Source: Phoronis australis (taxonomy: Eukaryota > Animalia > Phoronida). Taken from it: DNA of 64,000 bases. This document shows positions 39,459 to 53,884 of this stretch, piece by piece (the first letter of the stretch is position 1; every line of letters starts with the position of its first letter). The stretch spans positions 175,964 through 239,963 of the forward strand of contig NMRA01000483.1 of the NCBI GenBank assembly GCA_002633005.1. Direction: 5' to 3'. Both the position numbers and the translations under genes were made by a program. Under the pieces are notes generated by a model. The model was not told the origin of the DNA and did not search any database. It saw nothing but the letters and a program-made list of their open reading frames with translations.

Positions 39459-40091
39459 AACAAGAGTATTGATTTGCTCCCATCGCTGCAATGCAAACCG
39501 AAGGCGTCTAAAAGCATGTCACAAAAATGGCCATTAGCAGTAGAAGTGGTAGTTCGATCTGTCTACCTACTTGTTGATAGGAATTCGCTTGCTAAACTTC
39601 CAAAATATCTTATAAGGGGGTTTAGGAGATACATGCACAGACTGGTACAAAAATGTCACAGAGGGACACCACAGTAGTTGCACCCACCTTAAAATCCACA
39701 TCTGTAGAAACACATCTACCAATTTTCATAATGATCCTCTCAGTGGTTTGCAGTATACAGAGATAGACAACTCAAAAGTAATAAAAATGGCCAATAGGTG
39801 GAGCAGAATGTGTCAATGTATCCCAAAATGATAAAAACTTATTAGCCAAATTTTATGAAAAACCATCAAATGGATGAACACAGACTTAAGATACAGAGGC
39901 AAACGTAAATAAACTAAAATTGCCACTAGGGGGCACAGCATAAGTCAGACCGGTCCCAAATTTGTCGCCGTCTGTCATCAGCTTCATAGGAACAAATCTA
40001 CCAAACCTTAATATTCAGCAAGGGGTTTAGGAGATATAGCAGTGGATGCCGGATGGCCAGACACAGATTACGCCAATTTGTGGGCACATAA
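39459..40091 (-). mobile_element. Family A Helentron-like element, short diverged copy
   Basis: aacaagag start, tgccactagggggcac unit, tgtgggcacata end. Confidence 0.7.
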
Positions 40092-42969
40092 TATGTGGCT
40101 GGAACCACCACTTGCTGCAGCAGTATGCACCCATATTATAAAGTCTTACTAGTAGGTGTTAAAATAAGACAAATCCAACAAAATGTAATGGATAGAAAAT
40201 ATCTGTCATGCCATCTCATAACCTACAAGCAACACACTGGCAAGCGTTAGTATTTCAATAAAATTTGAATAAATGCGGCACTTAAAACATCCAAGCCATC
40301 ATAACAGACAATTTCCTTCTTGCATGATCTTACAGTGCTTAAGATTACGCGGTAGTGTCTTAGATTATGCATCGGAGCTCGAAGGAAGCACAAAAAGAGT
40401 GAAACAATAGCTTGTTTACTGAAGCTAGCTTTCACAAGCGTAACTTTTTAGGACACAGACGGTTCGATCAGTTGAGCTTCGCCAGAGTTTTGCCATGTAG
40501 AGAATGAAATGCTTTGAGGAGAGGATAATGATGGATTACATATAAGAAGTTAAAAAACAAAATGTTGATAGTTCTCAATATTGCAATATATCACATTTCT
40601 GTTTGGGACAAAATGGGAAAGTCCCTGAAGTTTTTAAATGGGAAGCGCCTATATGTTGTTGAATAAAAAGGACCACCACTTGATGTAGCATAAAATGACT
40701 ACTCGTCTCGCATATTGTCATAGAATTCTCAAAACGTCACAAATTTCAGGAAAGTAATTTTTGTCACAGGGAACCCATTCTCTGACATGAGTAATTCATC
40801 CATCAAAGGCAACATGATATAGTTCCATGTGTTACTCAGTGACATGGAGCTTTTTTCAATCAGATTCTTTTAATCAAGTTTTCCTCTATAGTGTACTCCA
40901 GCTCGGGCAGTTGTGCCTATTTGAGAGTCTGTCAAGACTTCACGTATTTTAATCCAATTACTGATCACTTTAAGCCAGTCATTGAATATTTTAAAATAAT
41001 CTAGACTTATTTATTAATTTCTCATAACTATGAACATGTTCATCATTCTCACTATTAAACAACAATTTTAATTAACGCACATCAGTAACAATTTGCAGTG
41101 CATTAGAAGGGTAAATCAGTGCAAATGTCAGTATAGTAATTTCAAAACACTACTTCTAGGGTTTTCCAAGTTAGTGGATCTGTCAACTTTGGTGCACAGG
41201 AGTAAGGCACCATTTCAGTTACAGGTATTAAATAATCCACAAAGCCATCCAGATTTCATATGAAACGTCATCAAAAAGAAGCTTAAACTTTGACACTTTG
41301 ACTCAGTTAGGCATGTAATTAATAGAAAATTAAGTATCCAATTTTGGACTAAAAAATGGCATATCTGATTTAAAGCAGCATTAAACAAATATCTTATCAA
41401 GTTCTACAAATACCATGATAAGACTATGTTTTGACAAACTTAAGGCATTCACAACACAATGTTAAAAACTTTGAAAAATGAAAAGCGCAAGATAAATTTT
41501 GGCAATTACATTTTTAAGTTGGTTACTTTAACGATAGTACATGTACCAAACTTCAGTTTCACAATACGTCATTTCATGCGCTTCTTATTCTTAGATGCAG
41601 CTTTCATTTCATTCAACACTGTTCAGTATCAGGTGAATTATTGCATCTGTCCAAACTCAGCCACTTTGCCACAATTGTTTTACCTAACTTCTAATTCCAC
41701 CTTTAGGGATTTGATAATGCCCTATAAGTGGTCCAATGATGCAAAGATCTCCTGTCAGCATCCAAAGTGCTTCAATTTCAAATCAAAAACACCAAAAAAA
41801 CAACATCACCAGTTGATCAGACTTCAAATTTTGAACACCCGCAAACACTACCTGACGATACGTTAATTAGCTTAATATTGAGTTACAACCATTTATTGGT
41901 CGAAACATTTATTTAAAAAGTTGAAATCACCAATTTCATATCAGAAACATTGAAAAAAAACCCTACCAATTGATCAGCTGACACAGAACCTCAGCAGAAA
42001 ACAGCTGACATGTAAATTAGATGATCTCAACTGATGAGCATTCATCGGTCGTTCTACATTACAACCAAAGGGACAACAAACTACAGCGTTAATCGTCTTC
42101 CATAATTGTGAAAAGTTGTCACAGTGCTGTTAGTTTTCCCGTGTCTCATAGTAAACTAAAAAATGAAGAAACTTTCAATTAGAACTCGCTTTTCATCTTT
42201 TTTCTCCTCCTTGGATTATCAAATTTACAATTAAGGTGTGCAGTGCCATAAAGGAAAATTTAATGATAATTATGTTGCTACTTGTCAAACAAGGTGAATG
42301 ATGGTTTTAAGCACGTTTATTAATATTTAGAATAGAAACAACCAATCCCAGCAATAGTCATCCTCCATTGTGTTTAGTGTGAAAGTCATCAGATATTGCT
42401 TCTTGGTTTCCTATGGTTTATGGTATATTATCCCATACGCGTTGAATGAAATAAAGTTTTCCATATTCACCTCCCGCACTACTTCAACAGTGATCTCTTC
42501 CAGGTTTAATGATTCTGACAATGTAGTCACCTTTTGAAACAATGTAAAAGGTGGTTCTAAGCACTTCAGACAAGACCTTTGAAAAATTTTTAATGTTTAT
42601 TATGAAAAATACAATGTACAATAAGAAATCCCCAAGAAAGCATTCATATCTTGGTGACATCAATACTCTAGCTAAAGGCATTAATAGTAGCCGAATGGAG
42701 AAATGATCAATTAAGATTGCTAAGACTTAGTGTAAATGGAACCTTGTTTTCAACAAAACATGGCACTAAGCACACATAGTTCATTATTATCATGACGCTA
42801 CCACCTTCAGTAAATTCATAACACAGTTACAACAACAAAGTAACTGACTTGTACTGTGTTAATAATGCAAATAATTGCACATTAAAAATAATGAAAGGTA
42901 AGGCATTTCACTTGAAGCCAATAAACATCTAATACACTCAGCTGTAATTTAGGAACATGTTATAGTCAC

Positions 42970-43067
42970 CTGACAATGGCTGAAGCTGCAGCATGTCTCA
43001 CCCTGTAATCATCATCACCAAGGAGACCAAACACCACGGTATCCATGATACAAGACTGGATGCTATG
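42970..43067 (-). CDS. HTT: HTT coding exon 14 of window
   Basis: HSIQSCIMDTVVFGLLGDDDYRVRHAAASAIV; 98 nt. Confidence 0.93.
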
Positions 43068-43128
43068 CTGTATGAAAAAGGGTACTAAAGTTTTACCAAG
43101 TATCCATCTGTCAAATGTGTGGTACTAC

Positions 43129-43212
<84 letters not shown>
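43129..43212. repeat. Perfect (AAT)28 microsatellite
   Basis: 84 bp uninterrupted. Confidence 0.97.
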
Positions 43213-43285
43213 TAATAAACCCTAACTAATTGAACAGCAGCAGTTTGATGTAAAAACCACAAACTCTAGCATGTTCACCTTCATT

Positions 43286-43683
43286 AGTTGCAGTTTGGAA
43301 CTGTCTCTAAATTTGAGAGTCTCTAAAATTTAGGACACAGAAATTCAAACAGAATCAAATTTTCATGATTCGGAAGATTGGGACACGCTAAATTTTGGCA
43401 TGCATCATGTTCCTCAAATTTCGGACACTGCATTTTTTGTATCTTCAACAGTCTGAAAATAGACTTGACAGTTCATAAAATCATACAAAAAGCTGCCAAG
43501 TTGAACGCAACCTTTTGATGCATCCTCATAAGGTGTATCAAGGACGAGAATGATCGTTTATCAATTATCGCAATTCTTGAATTTGGGACAGCCAATATTG
43601 TCTATTTCTAAAATTTGGTACAAGTTCTGACCCTGAGCAAGAATGCTTAAATTCAGTCTTGGGTAGAAGTTAAAACTGCAACT
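43286..43683. mobile_element. Possible small MITE
   Basis: agttgcagttt / aaactgcaact inverted termini; flanks tcatt/tcact; internal aaattt-ggacac repeats. Confidence 0.35.
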
Positions 43684-44149
43684 TCACTTTGTAGTAAACA
43701 AGTGGTTTAACAGCGATGTGGCGACATGTTGTTACTTGAGAATGGCAGAAAGTGCCAGGTCAACAACTACCAGTAAAACAATTTGTGACTATTTTCATTG
43801 TTTAAATATTCATCATTCTTACTACCTAATATGAGCATTTCAATTTCAACTCTTCCTATTTAAAAAGACAAGACCAACACAGAACATTCACAGACACCAA
43901 CCGTAAGCAATGTCAATGACAAAATGCTAGTTTCTTCAAGCATTTCACCCACCAGAGTGAGCAACAATGTTTAGTAAACTTAAAATTAAGTCTACAGGTT
44001 GCAGTGCTGGTCATCCAGTAATTGGATGCACTGCAGTAGATGAATACACCAAACAACTGACACCACACATGCTCAACTTATAAAAATCATTTACAACTGT
44101 CAACAAATCTTCAATGGATTTGACAGATAGAGAGGTAGTGCTTAAAGTG

Positions 44150-44530
44150 AATACAAAAGAAATGACATTGTCACTAGGAGGCACTGCACACATCACAACT
44201 GTCTAAAAATGGGCCAGTGCTGCTTTATTTGCCTAGCATAAAATCTCACTTGCAAACTTTCATGACCATTCTTCAACGAACATTGTAGATACTAAGAAAA
44301 CAGAAAAAATATGGGGCATATCAGTCGCCAAAATTGTCCGAAAGTCAAACTCAGTCAGTTCCCAGCAATAGAAACACCAGTGAGTGTTAACATTTAGTAA
44401 AAATTCTAGAAACTAGTTGGAAGAAAGAAAGAAAGAGCGATGCCACTGAAAATACTAAAATTGCCAATATGGGGCGCACAGTATTTCAGAGCCAAGGTTC
44501 TCCATAAGGTTATTAACCTTGCATGTCAAA
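44150..44530 (-). mobile_element. Decayed family A fragment
   Basis: tgtcactaggaggcactg and ttgccaatatggggcgcac units. Confidence 0.45.
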
Positions 44531-44772
44531 TTCAAAAGGGCTATTATGTGAGAAGGACACCCATGGTATACAACTACCTTGCAAAATTCTTAGCCACAAA
44601 GTGGATTAAATACCTTCTCCAAGCCCAAAATGACAACCTCAGTTCTGTAAAAAAAGGTAACGGGTAAAGCTCAAGTTACACCAACACAGCTCCAGAGGCA
44701 GCTCTAACACAGTGACAAGTGTGACCCCTACTTACAATTGAAAACATCAAAGTCAGATCTCCATTAACTCAC

Positions 44773-44874
44773 CCCACTGTAGCAATGGAATTTGTGGTCA
44801 CTCTTGGCAGCCACAGTCTCTAGGTAAGATATTAGCCTCATGTCCAGTTGACCCATCAGTTCTAGTAGCTCAAC
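44773..44874 (-). CDS. HTT: HTT coding exon 13 of window
   Basis: VELLELMGQLDMRLISYLETVAAKSDHKFHCYSG; donor GTGAGT; 102 nt. Confidence 0.92.
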
Positions 44875-45070
44875 CTGGACAAAGGATTAAAATTAAATTT
44901 TGATTATTATTTGACCACAAGTAAAGCAGATAATTTGACAGTCTGTGAGCAAAAATAAAATAATCGAAGCTAACTTTACGGTATACACTCAGGAGAATAA
45001 AAACAGTCACAATGATGTGATGAGAAAGTTAATGTTGGTGTCATCAAACTTCTCAACAGATGTCAACATC

Positions 45071-47446
45071 AACAAGAGCAACGCGGAGCATTGAAATGCA
45101 CCCACGAATGCATCGCAAACGGTGTGCTTTTAGGGTTGTTTATTGGTCATAAAAATGGCCACTAGATAGCGCAAAAACGTACAATCCATCAGAAAATGGG
45201 AACACATCATAGCTTCTTTAACAGAAAGCTATTCGATAAGTTTCCTAGAAATATGTCATGGAACTTCAAAGAAACAAAGGAAAACAGAGTAAAATGAAAA
45301 CTGCCACTAGGGGGCACAGTGTTCATTGGATCCGCCTGAAAGTCGTCATTGTCTGTTGTTAGCGTCATATAAATACACTTACAAAATTAAATAATAAAGA
45401 CCCAGCAGTGGGTTTAGGAGAAACGGCTATGGGTACAAAACAAAACAAAACTACCGTGAGTGGAGACACCACAATAGTCAAAGTCCTCATCCTCAACCAT
45501 CCTCTTCACACAGAGAACATAAACGCCAATTTTCAAAACCATCCTTAGAATGATTTGGTTAATAGAGGGGTGAACGCCAAAAAACAGACTCGAAAACAGC
45601 AAAAATGGCCACTAAGTGACGCAAAATACCTTGGTTCCATCCAAAAACGGAAGGATAGCGTCAACTCACTAACAGATGCCTGTATTCAAAATTTTATGAA
45701 AATCCGTTGAGAGCCCTTGAAGATACAGAAGTAAACGTAAAATATAAAAATTGCCACCAGGGGGCACACCAGTAGTCAGATCCGTCCGACAGTCGTTGTT
45801 CTTTGTCAACATCATATAAATACACTTGTTAGATTTAGTAAAGGTCCTGCAGATGGTTTAAGAGATACAGCCATGGATGCAAAAAAGAAACTGCCACTAG
45901 GAAGCGCCACAGCAGCTGAAGCCATCGGAAAATAGTCAGTCGTCCAATTCATAGTAAAAACATACATGCCAATTTTCACAATTATCCTGAAAGCGATTGG
46001 GTTGATAGAGGGGTGGACGCCAAAAAACAGACTTGAAAACGGTAAAAATGGCCACTAGGTGGTGCAAACTAAGTCAAATCCATCTGAAAACGGAAAGATA
46101 GCGTCACCACACTAACAGAAAGCCTGTACAACAATTTTTTTGAAAATACGTTGATGACCTTTGAAGATACAGAAGTTAACGTAACAAAATAAAATTGCCA
46201 CCAGGAGGCACATCAGAAGTCAAATCCGTCAGAAAGTTGTCATCTTCTTTTGCCAGCTTTTGGCTGGAGCGGAGAATAGACATTACGTCGGATGTTTTGT
46301 TTGAGTAGGCTTGTCAATGTACGGTCGAGATTAATAAAGGATTAACTCGAACAAGTCTTCAGTCTATCGTCACACCGAAAGCTATTAGCACTGGTCTGTG
46401 ACAACCCACCCACACACGACGAAAAACGTAACATTTATCTGTTGATAATCCTTACAGTTGATTGTTCATATACTCAACTTTATCGCAGCACTAGCTTGCA
46501 GACAACTTGCACTTAGTGACAATGACATCCACCATTAACTCTTACGTCAGTTAAACCAATGCGAAAAATTAACTTTAATTTGAAATTCATAATTTACTTC
46601 AGTGCTCCTGTATTTAGCAACTCACATCAAGCACATTCGATATCTTGTTTTTCAATTTCCACATGACGTTATCGTGCACATTACTATATTAATTCTTCAC
46701 CTAGTAAGCAGACAATATGGCGGACACACGAAAGCCTAATTTTTGTAAAATATATCTATATGTATATGTATTATAATTATATGTGTATTTGGGTGGCAGA
46801 CCTTCTTTTATGCATGTTTCACTGAAAAGTACGCTGTTCATGGGCTTAGATAGCTTGTTCAACAAACTTTCGTATTGTCTACATTCTTCAGATGGCAGTT
46901 GAAATTAGTAGATCACAGAGTGTAAGTGGCATCACAAACACAAATATAAATATATATGATCCTTCAAAGGATTATAAAAGAGAATCGGCCGCAGACCCAT
47001 AAAAATCCCCATTCGAGGGGGACCCATCCGGAAGTCAACGTCAGTCATGACCTTCTCATCAAGAACACATCAAAGATTTGGTAAATTTTCATAATGATCC
47101 TTTGAGTGGTATGGCAGATAGAGAGGCAGACACCAGGAAACGGACACAAAAAAACAGAATGGCATCATCGCCTCTGTACTGCAATCCTATTTACTGATTT
47201 TCATGAAAATCCAACAAGGAACTCTACAGAGGCAAACATAATAAACTAAAATTGCCACTAGGGGCACAGTGGTATTTGGGTTAGTCCAAAACTCAATGTC
47301 CTCCATCATCGGTCCCATAACAACACAAATGCCAAATTTCAATAAGATCCTGCCATAGGTTTAGGAGATACAACCGGAGACACCGGACGCCCAGACAGAG
47401 ATGACGGTAATAAGCACCCAGATAAATGAATGTGGGCGCATAAAAA
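45071..47446 (-). mobile_element. Family A Helentron-like element, interrupted by about 0.7 kb of unrelated sequence (~46260-46955)
   Basis: Same aacaagagcaacgcggagc terminus and gtgggcgcataaaaa end; internal units collinear with 59246-60923. Confidence 0.8.
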
Positions 47447-47571
47447 GGTAATAAAGGACTCAACTGATTTGCATATCACTACATGTTTGCTAACCAGAGT
47501 GATTAATGCATAGAAAAAAGTCTATACAGTGTAAACTTGCTTGAAAGCAAAATGTAACAGAGGCTACACAC

Positions 47572-47768
47572 CTTGACTAGCCAATAAGAGTTGGTGTGTA
47601 GATGAGCAAGCTTCAGGAGAATATACAACCCATGCAAGCTGTGAATACTGTGTAGGACGGGATTGAGACATGTCTTTAGGTTTGCCAGGGTCATACGAGT
47701 CGTCACAGAGTTCTCATCTAGCAGACCATCTAGGATGTGTTTCACCAGGTCTTCTACACTAATGAAAG
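47572..47768 (-). CDS. HTT: HTT coding exon 12 of window
   Basis: FISVEDLVKHILDGLLDENSVTTRM...HTNSYWLVK; 197 nt. Confidence 0.93.
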
Positions 47769-48552
47769 CTATAAAAATAAAGCATAATTCACTTTGGCAG
47801 CCAGGAACCTTTCAATACCAGGAAGTTCAATCACTGAACGTGACTGTCAAGTTCTCCTGACCACACTTCCTCAGTTGCCAATCGATGTATTTATACCAGT
47901 TCCAAAGCACTCTATAAAATTATTAAGAAAATGCTAATTGAGGAAATAAAAATGTAACATTGTAAACATGTTTAGGGTAAGGTACAGATTTGTTACATAC
48001 CATTTTTTATGGCCCTAAGTGGATATTAAAAAAGTGCGGAACCGTTCCGCACACTTTGAGACTAAATAAGAGAAAAAATCGCCTTAAATTTACTACTTAG
48101 ACCACCATGTTGAGGAGCATTACTACTATGTGAGGCATCTGTTTTGTTAGGGGGTCCTGAGCAATGCAACAGTCAACAGTAATTTTACAATAAATAGAAA
48201 TCTGCCATTGTGGGGACCATCTGGTACTGGGAGACTGAATAAGCTTAATCATTAGCTTGCTAATAGATCTGCTACTACTTGTGATTATTTATGCAAGCAA
48301 TTACCACCTAACACCGTCAAATATCAGCATAAAATTAATGTCTAATGTTCTATGAACCAATCATTCACAAGGAAATGGCATAAAGTGGTACAGGTAATGA
48401 GTGCAGTGCCGCAAGATTTTCTAGACACCGCATCAAGGGTAAATGTGGTGACAATGTTGCTATACGCCAAATGAAAACGGCATTATAGACACTTTAACAA
48501 GAAGACAACAGAACACCTTGAGTTGGGGTGATCATGAACCTTAACAATTTAC

Positions 48553-48720
48553 CTTCATAGCAATCCCCAGGTGGGAAGTAATTCTCCAGGTCAAACTTTC
48601 CCTGAGTAATAACAAGGAAGGATCTTAAGAGGTGCGCAGCCAGCACAGCCGTTGACCCTTTCAGCTGGGGATCAGAGTGGCCACCATATAGAAGGATGTC
48701 TCTCACCGCTTGGTTATCAA
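48553..48720 (-). CDS. HTT: HTT coding exon 11 of window
   Basis: DNQAVRDILLYGGHSDPQLKGSTAVLAAHLLRS...; 168 nt. Confidence 0.93.
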
Positions 48721-49981
48721 CTAGAACAATCTCGACTGATTCAATTTCTGTCCACTTACGATGGTCAACAAAACAGAACATCAGGTATTTTATTCATGCC
48801 ATGACAACTGATCAATTTCTCACAACCTCAGGCCAATTCAGCAAATGCTGGACTTTGCCCACGGGGCAACAGATCAGACTGAGTTCAAGAATTAACCTTT
48901 TCCATCAACTTCATAGAGCATGATTGTATTAGTACTGCGATCTATTGAGTCATACTAAAAAAAAGAGAGTCAACATGAATTTGAGCACTGGTTTGTTGCG
49001 GACAACTGAAAATAGGTTACAACAAAGAATTCCAAAAAATGTAATAAATTTCATGATAAAGAGCTAAATTCAAATTGATCACAGATAAAGCTCTGTATGA
49101 TCTGAGTTTAAGGTAATTCTTTACCTTCGTTACCTAGGATTAAATTTCTTCACTTTAGTCTAGGTACAATGCTACATATTTTTAAAAATTTTGATGGTCA
49201 CAGAATCTTTTCATTTCCACAGAAATGATGCCAAGATGTTTGTAATCATGTGACTGTGATTTTTCACAAAGTCTATTAGCAACAACATGGTGAATGGGAT
49301 TCGTTTTAGCTCAAGAGCTAGGCTGTACAAAACATCTACTTTTTCAAGAAATGTTGGCGTCTTCTTGTTTGAGATTTTTTGGGTCTACTGTTACTACTTA
49401 AAAAGTTATCTAAGAAATTCAATTTTTGGTAATGAAAGCATCCCATTATAATACAGTTTGTATATTTGAACAGTCATGTTTAACATAATGTTTACCATTA
49501 ATTTCATGTTTAACTTAAACCAGTCATTCTCTATGCATTTTTCAATAACCTAAAGGTAGGTCTTGCTAATCTTAACTAAAGGGTTGGCTTAAAACAGGTA
49601 TCTTTGTTGACTAGTGACTGTTTTTGCTGGACCACTGCTAAAATATATTTTCTACTTAAAGGTAATTGGATTCCATATACAATGCAACTCAAATAAATTC
49701 CATAGTAATGCAAAACATGGTTGGTCATCGCTAAACCACCAAATTGACAACCCGTGTAACTTTTTCATGTTAGACAACAGTAAAGTTATTTGCAATACAT
49801 TTTTCCAAACCATTTGTCAGCAAAATCTAAGTTACGAAGATCTCAACTGCGATCAGATTTATGATCCATCCTAAAACGGGTGCTTGTTCTATTGTAAGTT
49901 ATTCTTGGGAAGATTCACTATAACTTGTTGTCACTTCAACGAAATTTTATACTCAGCCTGAAAAATAATTTCAGTACGTAC

Positions 49982-50374
49982 CTCGATTATCTTTGTAAAG
50001 ATGACACAACATGATCTGTGGATAGAAATTCACAACCGAGATAATGCAGCCTAAAGCCAGTGCTTTCACGCTTACACGCACTGTACGGTCGGGAATCAGC
50101 TGGCCTGGCGTACCACCCAAAAGAAATCGGCTGCATAGGAGTCTAACACAATACAACATAGGAACATCTGAGCCAGCAAATGTTCCAATGTATTCCGACA
50201 TAGGTATGTGTTCCCCCTCATCCTCTCCATTCTCACTGTCATCATATGTTTCGTCATACAGAGTGTTTGCATTGATTAGGTCCTCACTGGCCCCTCTGCG
50301 TAGTGTCACACCAGCCTCATCTTTGCCAGACAAATGACCGTCACTAGAACTAACAGACATGGCAGCATCGTCAT
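49982..50374 (-). CDS. HTT: HTT coding exon 10 of window
   Basis: ...IGTFAGSDVPMLYCVRLLCSRFLLGGTPGQLIPDRTVRVSVKALALGCI...; 393 nt. Confidence 0.96.
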
Positions 50375-51493
50375 CTGAAATTGCAATCAATGGAAAAACA
50401 TTACACTATGGGTCATCAACCTTTTGATTTTAATTCATGACTTTGTTATTAAACATTATATTTATTTCATAAAATGTCTTAAAAACAGCCCTTTTCAGGC
50501 AACTGAAAATTCAACTTTCATAAAATTATGCAGGAAAAATATTTTTTTGATTTGCAATGTAATATAGTTGGATTTTATTGTTCTGAAAATATGCATTTTT
50601 ATTTAGAACATTTCCTATGTAAAATTTTAAAATAGATGTCGACAAAATTTATGAGATTTGCACCGTAGCCAGATATGATTGTTGTTCCAGACAGAGTGTT
50701 CTAACCACTGTGTTATGAGAATTGTTCAACACTTCTGCACAGTATTGGTTTCCATTGGCAATTTGTTTTAAGTGATCGACCAATTAGTAGACAGTTTTGA
50801 ACGTCTTTCACTGGAACTCGACATTTTCTATAGGCAGGACAATGCAGCAATGTCAATGGGCTGCTACCAAATCAGACAAAGGTCTTCCGTCAGTCACAGG
50901 CCTTAAGCCATAGGCTAAAGGAGTCTAAAACCACTTTCGGGGGGCAACTTTGTTTTGAAAAGTCCCTAGTATGTTTAAACTTCCACATTTCCAGGAAATA
51001 TGACTTTTATATTAGGCTAAATTTTTAAATTGGACATGGAATAGAAACAATGAAATCAGATGACCAAAAGTTGCAGTACTGCAATAACTTTTACCACGGG
51101 CTACACCAAGTCATAAAAACAAGGACAGTATTTTGAAAATTGAAGGCAATCGTCACCTTAGTGAAACTGACCCCAGACAGCAGGCAGATTCAAAAAAGAC
51201 ACAAATCATTCAAATGATGGCCTACACTCTTATGCCACATTTCATCAAAATCCGACCAGGGGTTTAAGTAGACATCGAGCGGATGCCCAAACAGACAACA
51301 ATAAGTTACGACGCATGTATAAGTGGGTGCATTAAAAGAAGTATTATTCATGACACATGAAAGACAAGTCTGTATTGTTTTCGCCTTTGACACATTTTGG
51401 TTTTCAATCAAGTTTTATAGTGAATACATACTTCACATGAACAACCAGAAAAAGCTTTAGTTTGCATCACTAAACATTACACAAGCATCATAC

Positions 51494-51589
51494 TTATAGC
51501 TCCAATCTCCAGGTCGGAATATGTTGTATCATCATCTTGAAGTACATCAATGTCAACCATGTCATCCTGGGAGGCCTCAGCACCACCTG
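51494..51589 (-). CDS. HTT: HTT coding exon 9 of window (acidic disordered region)
   Basis: GGAEASQDDMVDIDVLQDDDTTYSDLEIGAI; YSDLEIG resembles human YLGLQIG; CAGCAG tandem acceptor; phase 1-1. Confidence 0.8.
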   Translation of the reverse strand, partial: QVVLRPPRMTWLTLMYFKMMIQHIPTWRLEL

Positions 51590-53884
51590 CTGAACAAGGC
51601 AACAATTATGAGGTGAAGACAGGTCTATTATTAAATTGTTAGCTTAAGAATCAGGAAATTCTTTTATCCAAAATTCAGTGCAACACTTTGATCAACAGAA
51701 GGATAGAACAGATATGTCTTGATGAATCACCAGGAATGACAATTTAAAAGTCAGTCAAACACATCTGTCAGTATTGTACAATCTATATTTTACTGAAAGA
51801 AAAATTGTCCTTTTACCACACGAAATCAATCATTTCCCTAGATACGAGAGGTTCCCTCTCTGATTGCTACATGTCTTGAAAGCTGCATTTTCTGAGCTTT
51901 ACATAAACATGCAACTTTTCAAATCCTTAAATCTCCCCTGATGCCACTTACTGCTAAACAGTCAAATCAAATTAAATATCCAAGTATAAAGCACAGTCTA
52001 AGCGACTTGTCCCCCACTGCCTTGGCATGTACATTTTTCTAAGTCCACAATTTCATCTCTGCAACACTTCATTTTCAACAAATCTGAAAACCATGAATTG
52101 CTCAGTTATAATGCCCAAAACATTCAAATGAGAAAATTTTGTAATAAAAATGATGTGACAACTGAATGTAACGTTGTTTTAGCTTGTCAACGTGAACAAA
52201 ATGTAAAGCTTCCTTCTTTAAATATCGCAGAAAGTAATATATTAATTATTATTCCCGCTATGACCTTGCAGATAGAGTTAAAGTCACCAAGATCAACTGA
52301 CACCTGGAGATGACCCACCTGTCAGCACAAAATACAAGCAAAATCTTAAGCCCTCTTCTTAAAATATCTTGCCAACACAACACTACACCTTAGTACAAAA
52401 TATGATCATTACGTATACTTGGTACAAAATCTTGTTATTGTCCTGGTTGGTCAGAAAACTCCTTAAAATGTTTCAGAGGTGATTTGTTACATCTACAAAC
52501 GAAATGCAGCATGCAGCAATCATTCTCTTTAAATGAGATTAATAATCGATTTGGAGAAATCCAATTGAATTTCTCCAATGTCACATGGTCAGCCCTCTCC
52601 ATGACTCTATTCACTAAGTAACCTAGTGAGGGTAATTACTGTTTCTTATCAGATCATATCTAAATACATTAAATGATCTGAAAGCACCCAGGCTGTATTT
52701 TTCATTTTTCATTTTGGGACACGAAAACAGATGGAAACCATAAAATGAGAATAGAGGAGTAAAAATTAAATTTTAGTGGGTTCTTGAATTTTCAAAATTA
52801 GTCAAAAAATAGCGATTTTGCCAACAAAAACCCAAGCCATGGGTTATTAATTGGAAAGTAGTTTCCAGCACACAATAAAAGCTGTGCCTGAAAGAATGTG
52901 GATAAAAACTGGTTGTGATGAAGGAATTTTGTTTAAATTGCATGTTCACCACATAAGCCCCAAACTCATAATACACAGCCCTAACACACCAGTTTAAATT
53001 CATGTAACAACACCAATGTCAAACAAAAACCCACAATGTAGTTAACAATAGCACACAAACTAACATAAAAGGACAATTACAAAGCTACAGCATAGCAATA
53101 TCTAAAGCCTCCTTCTTGAGATATGCCTTAAACAACATTGTGTAACCTAGTAAAATGAATCATGTATGGGATCAAATATCTCAACAGCAAACTAATCTGA
53201 ATGAAATGAGGTGATGACATGCTGTTTACAGAAAGACCACACCTGAAGGAACCCATCTCTTAATACAGATCGTTGGATGAGAGAGTCAACAGGAGTAAAC
53301 CCAAAGTCTTGATGCTTCTGTATTTTACTAATTTGTTTATAGTGAAGTGAGTTTGACCCATTCCCTGTCATTGTAGCTAATTCTATTCAAATCAAAAATG
53401 TCCGGTAATAACAAAAATGGCATTAAAATTCTAAACTACCCGGTATACAGAATGGCTCAGCCACCAAATTAACTTTACTGTTAATTCTCCTTTATCCCCC
53501 ATCAGGTGAAGACTACTCTGATGGGGAATTTATCTTCCACCAATCTGTCATGACAGGGGAATTCCTGATCATTTTATCCAATACTTTTAGCATGTAATGT
53601 TAGTTCTTGGAAAAATCTTGGGAACAGGAAAAAATGACTGGGAATCCGATTATGTGATGCAAATTTTGAGTAAGCACCCCATAGACTATCACACTCCAGG
53701 CAGATATGTTTCAGACAAATACATTTCCACCCGTACCTAACCCATTTCATCAAGATGAGTAACAGGTTCGGTTGTTTCGAGAACAAGTCTGGAGCAACAG
53801 GGCCAATAGCTTGAAGTTACATACTCCCCTGTGGGTAAATAACAGAACCCATGTTTTAAATTTAAAATTATTATTCAAGCATAC

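Noticed and set aside
41459-41866. 135-aa plus-strand ORF
   Set aside because: AT-rich low-information composition, no recognisable domain, no supporting gene structure.
53243-53317. Possible 75-nt extra exon (cag...CTTCAG|GTGTGG)
   Set aside because: Open only in phase 0-0; the required phase 1-1 frame has a TGA, and the polypyrimidine tract is poor.
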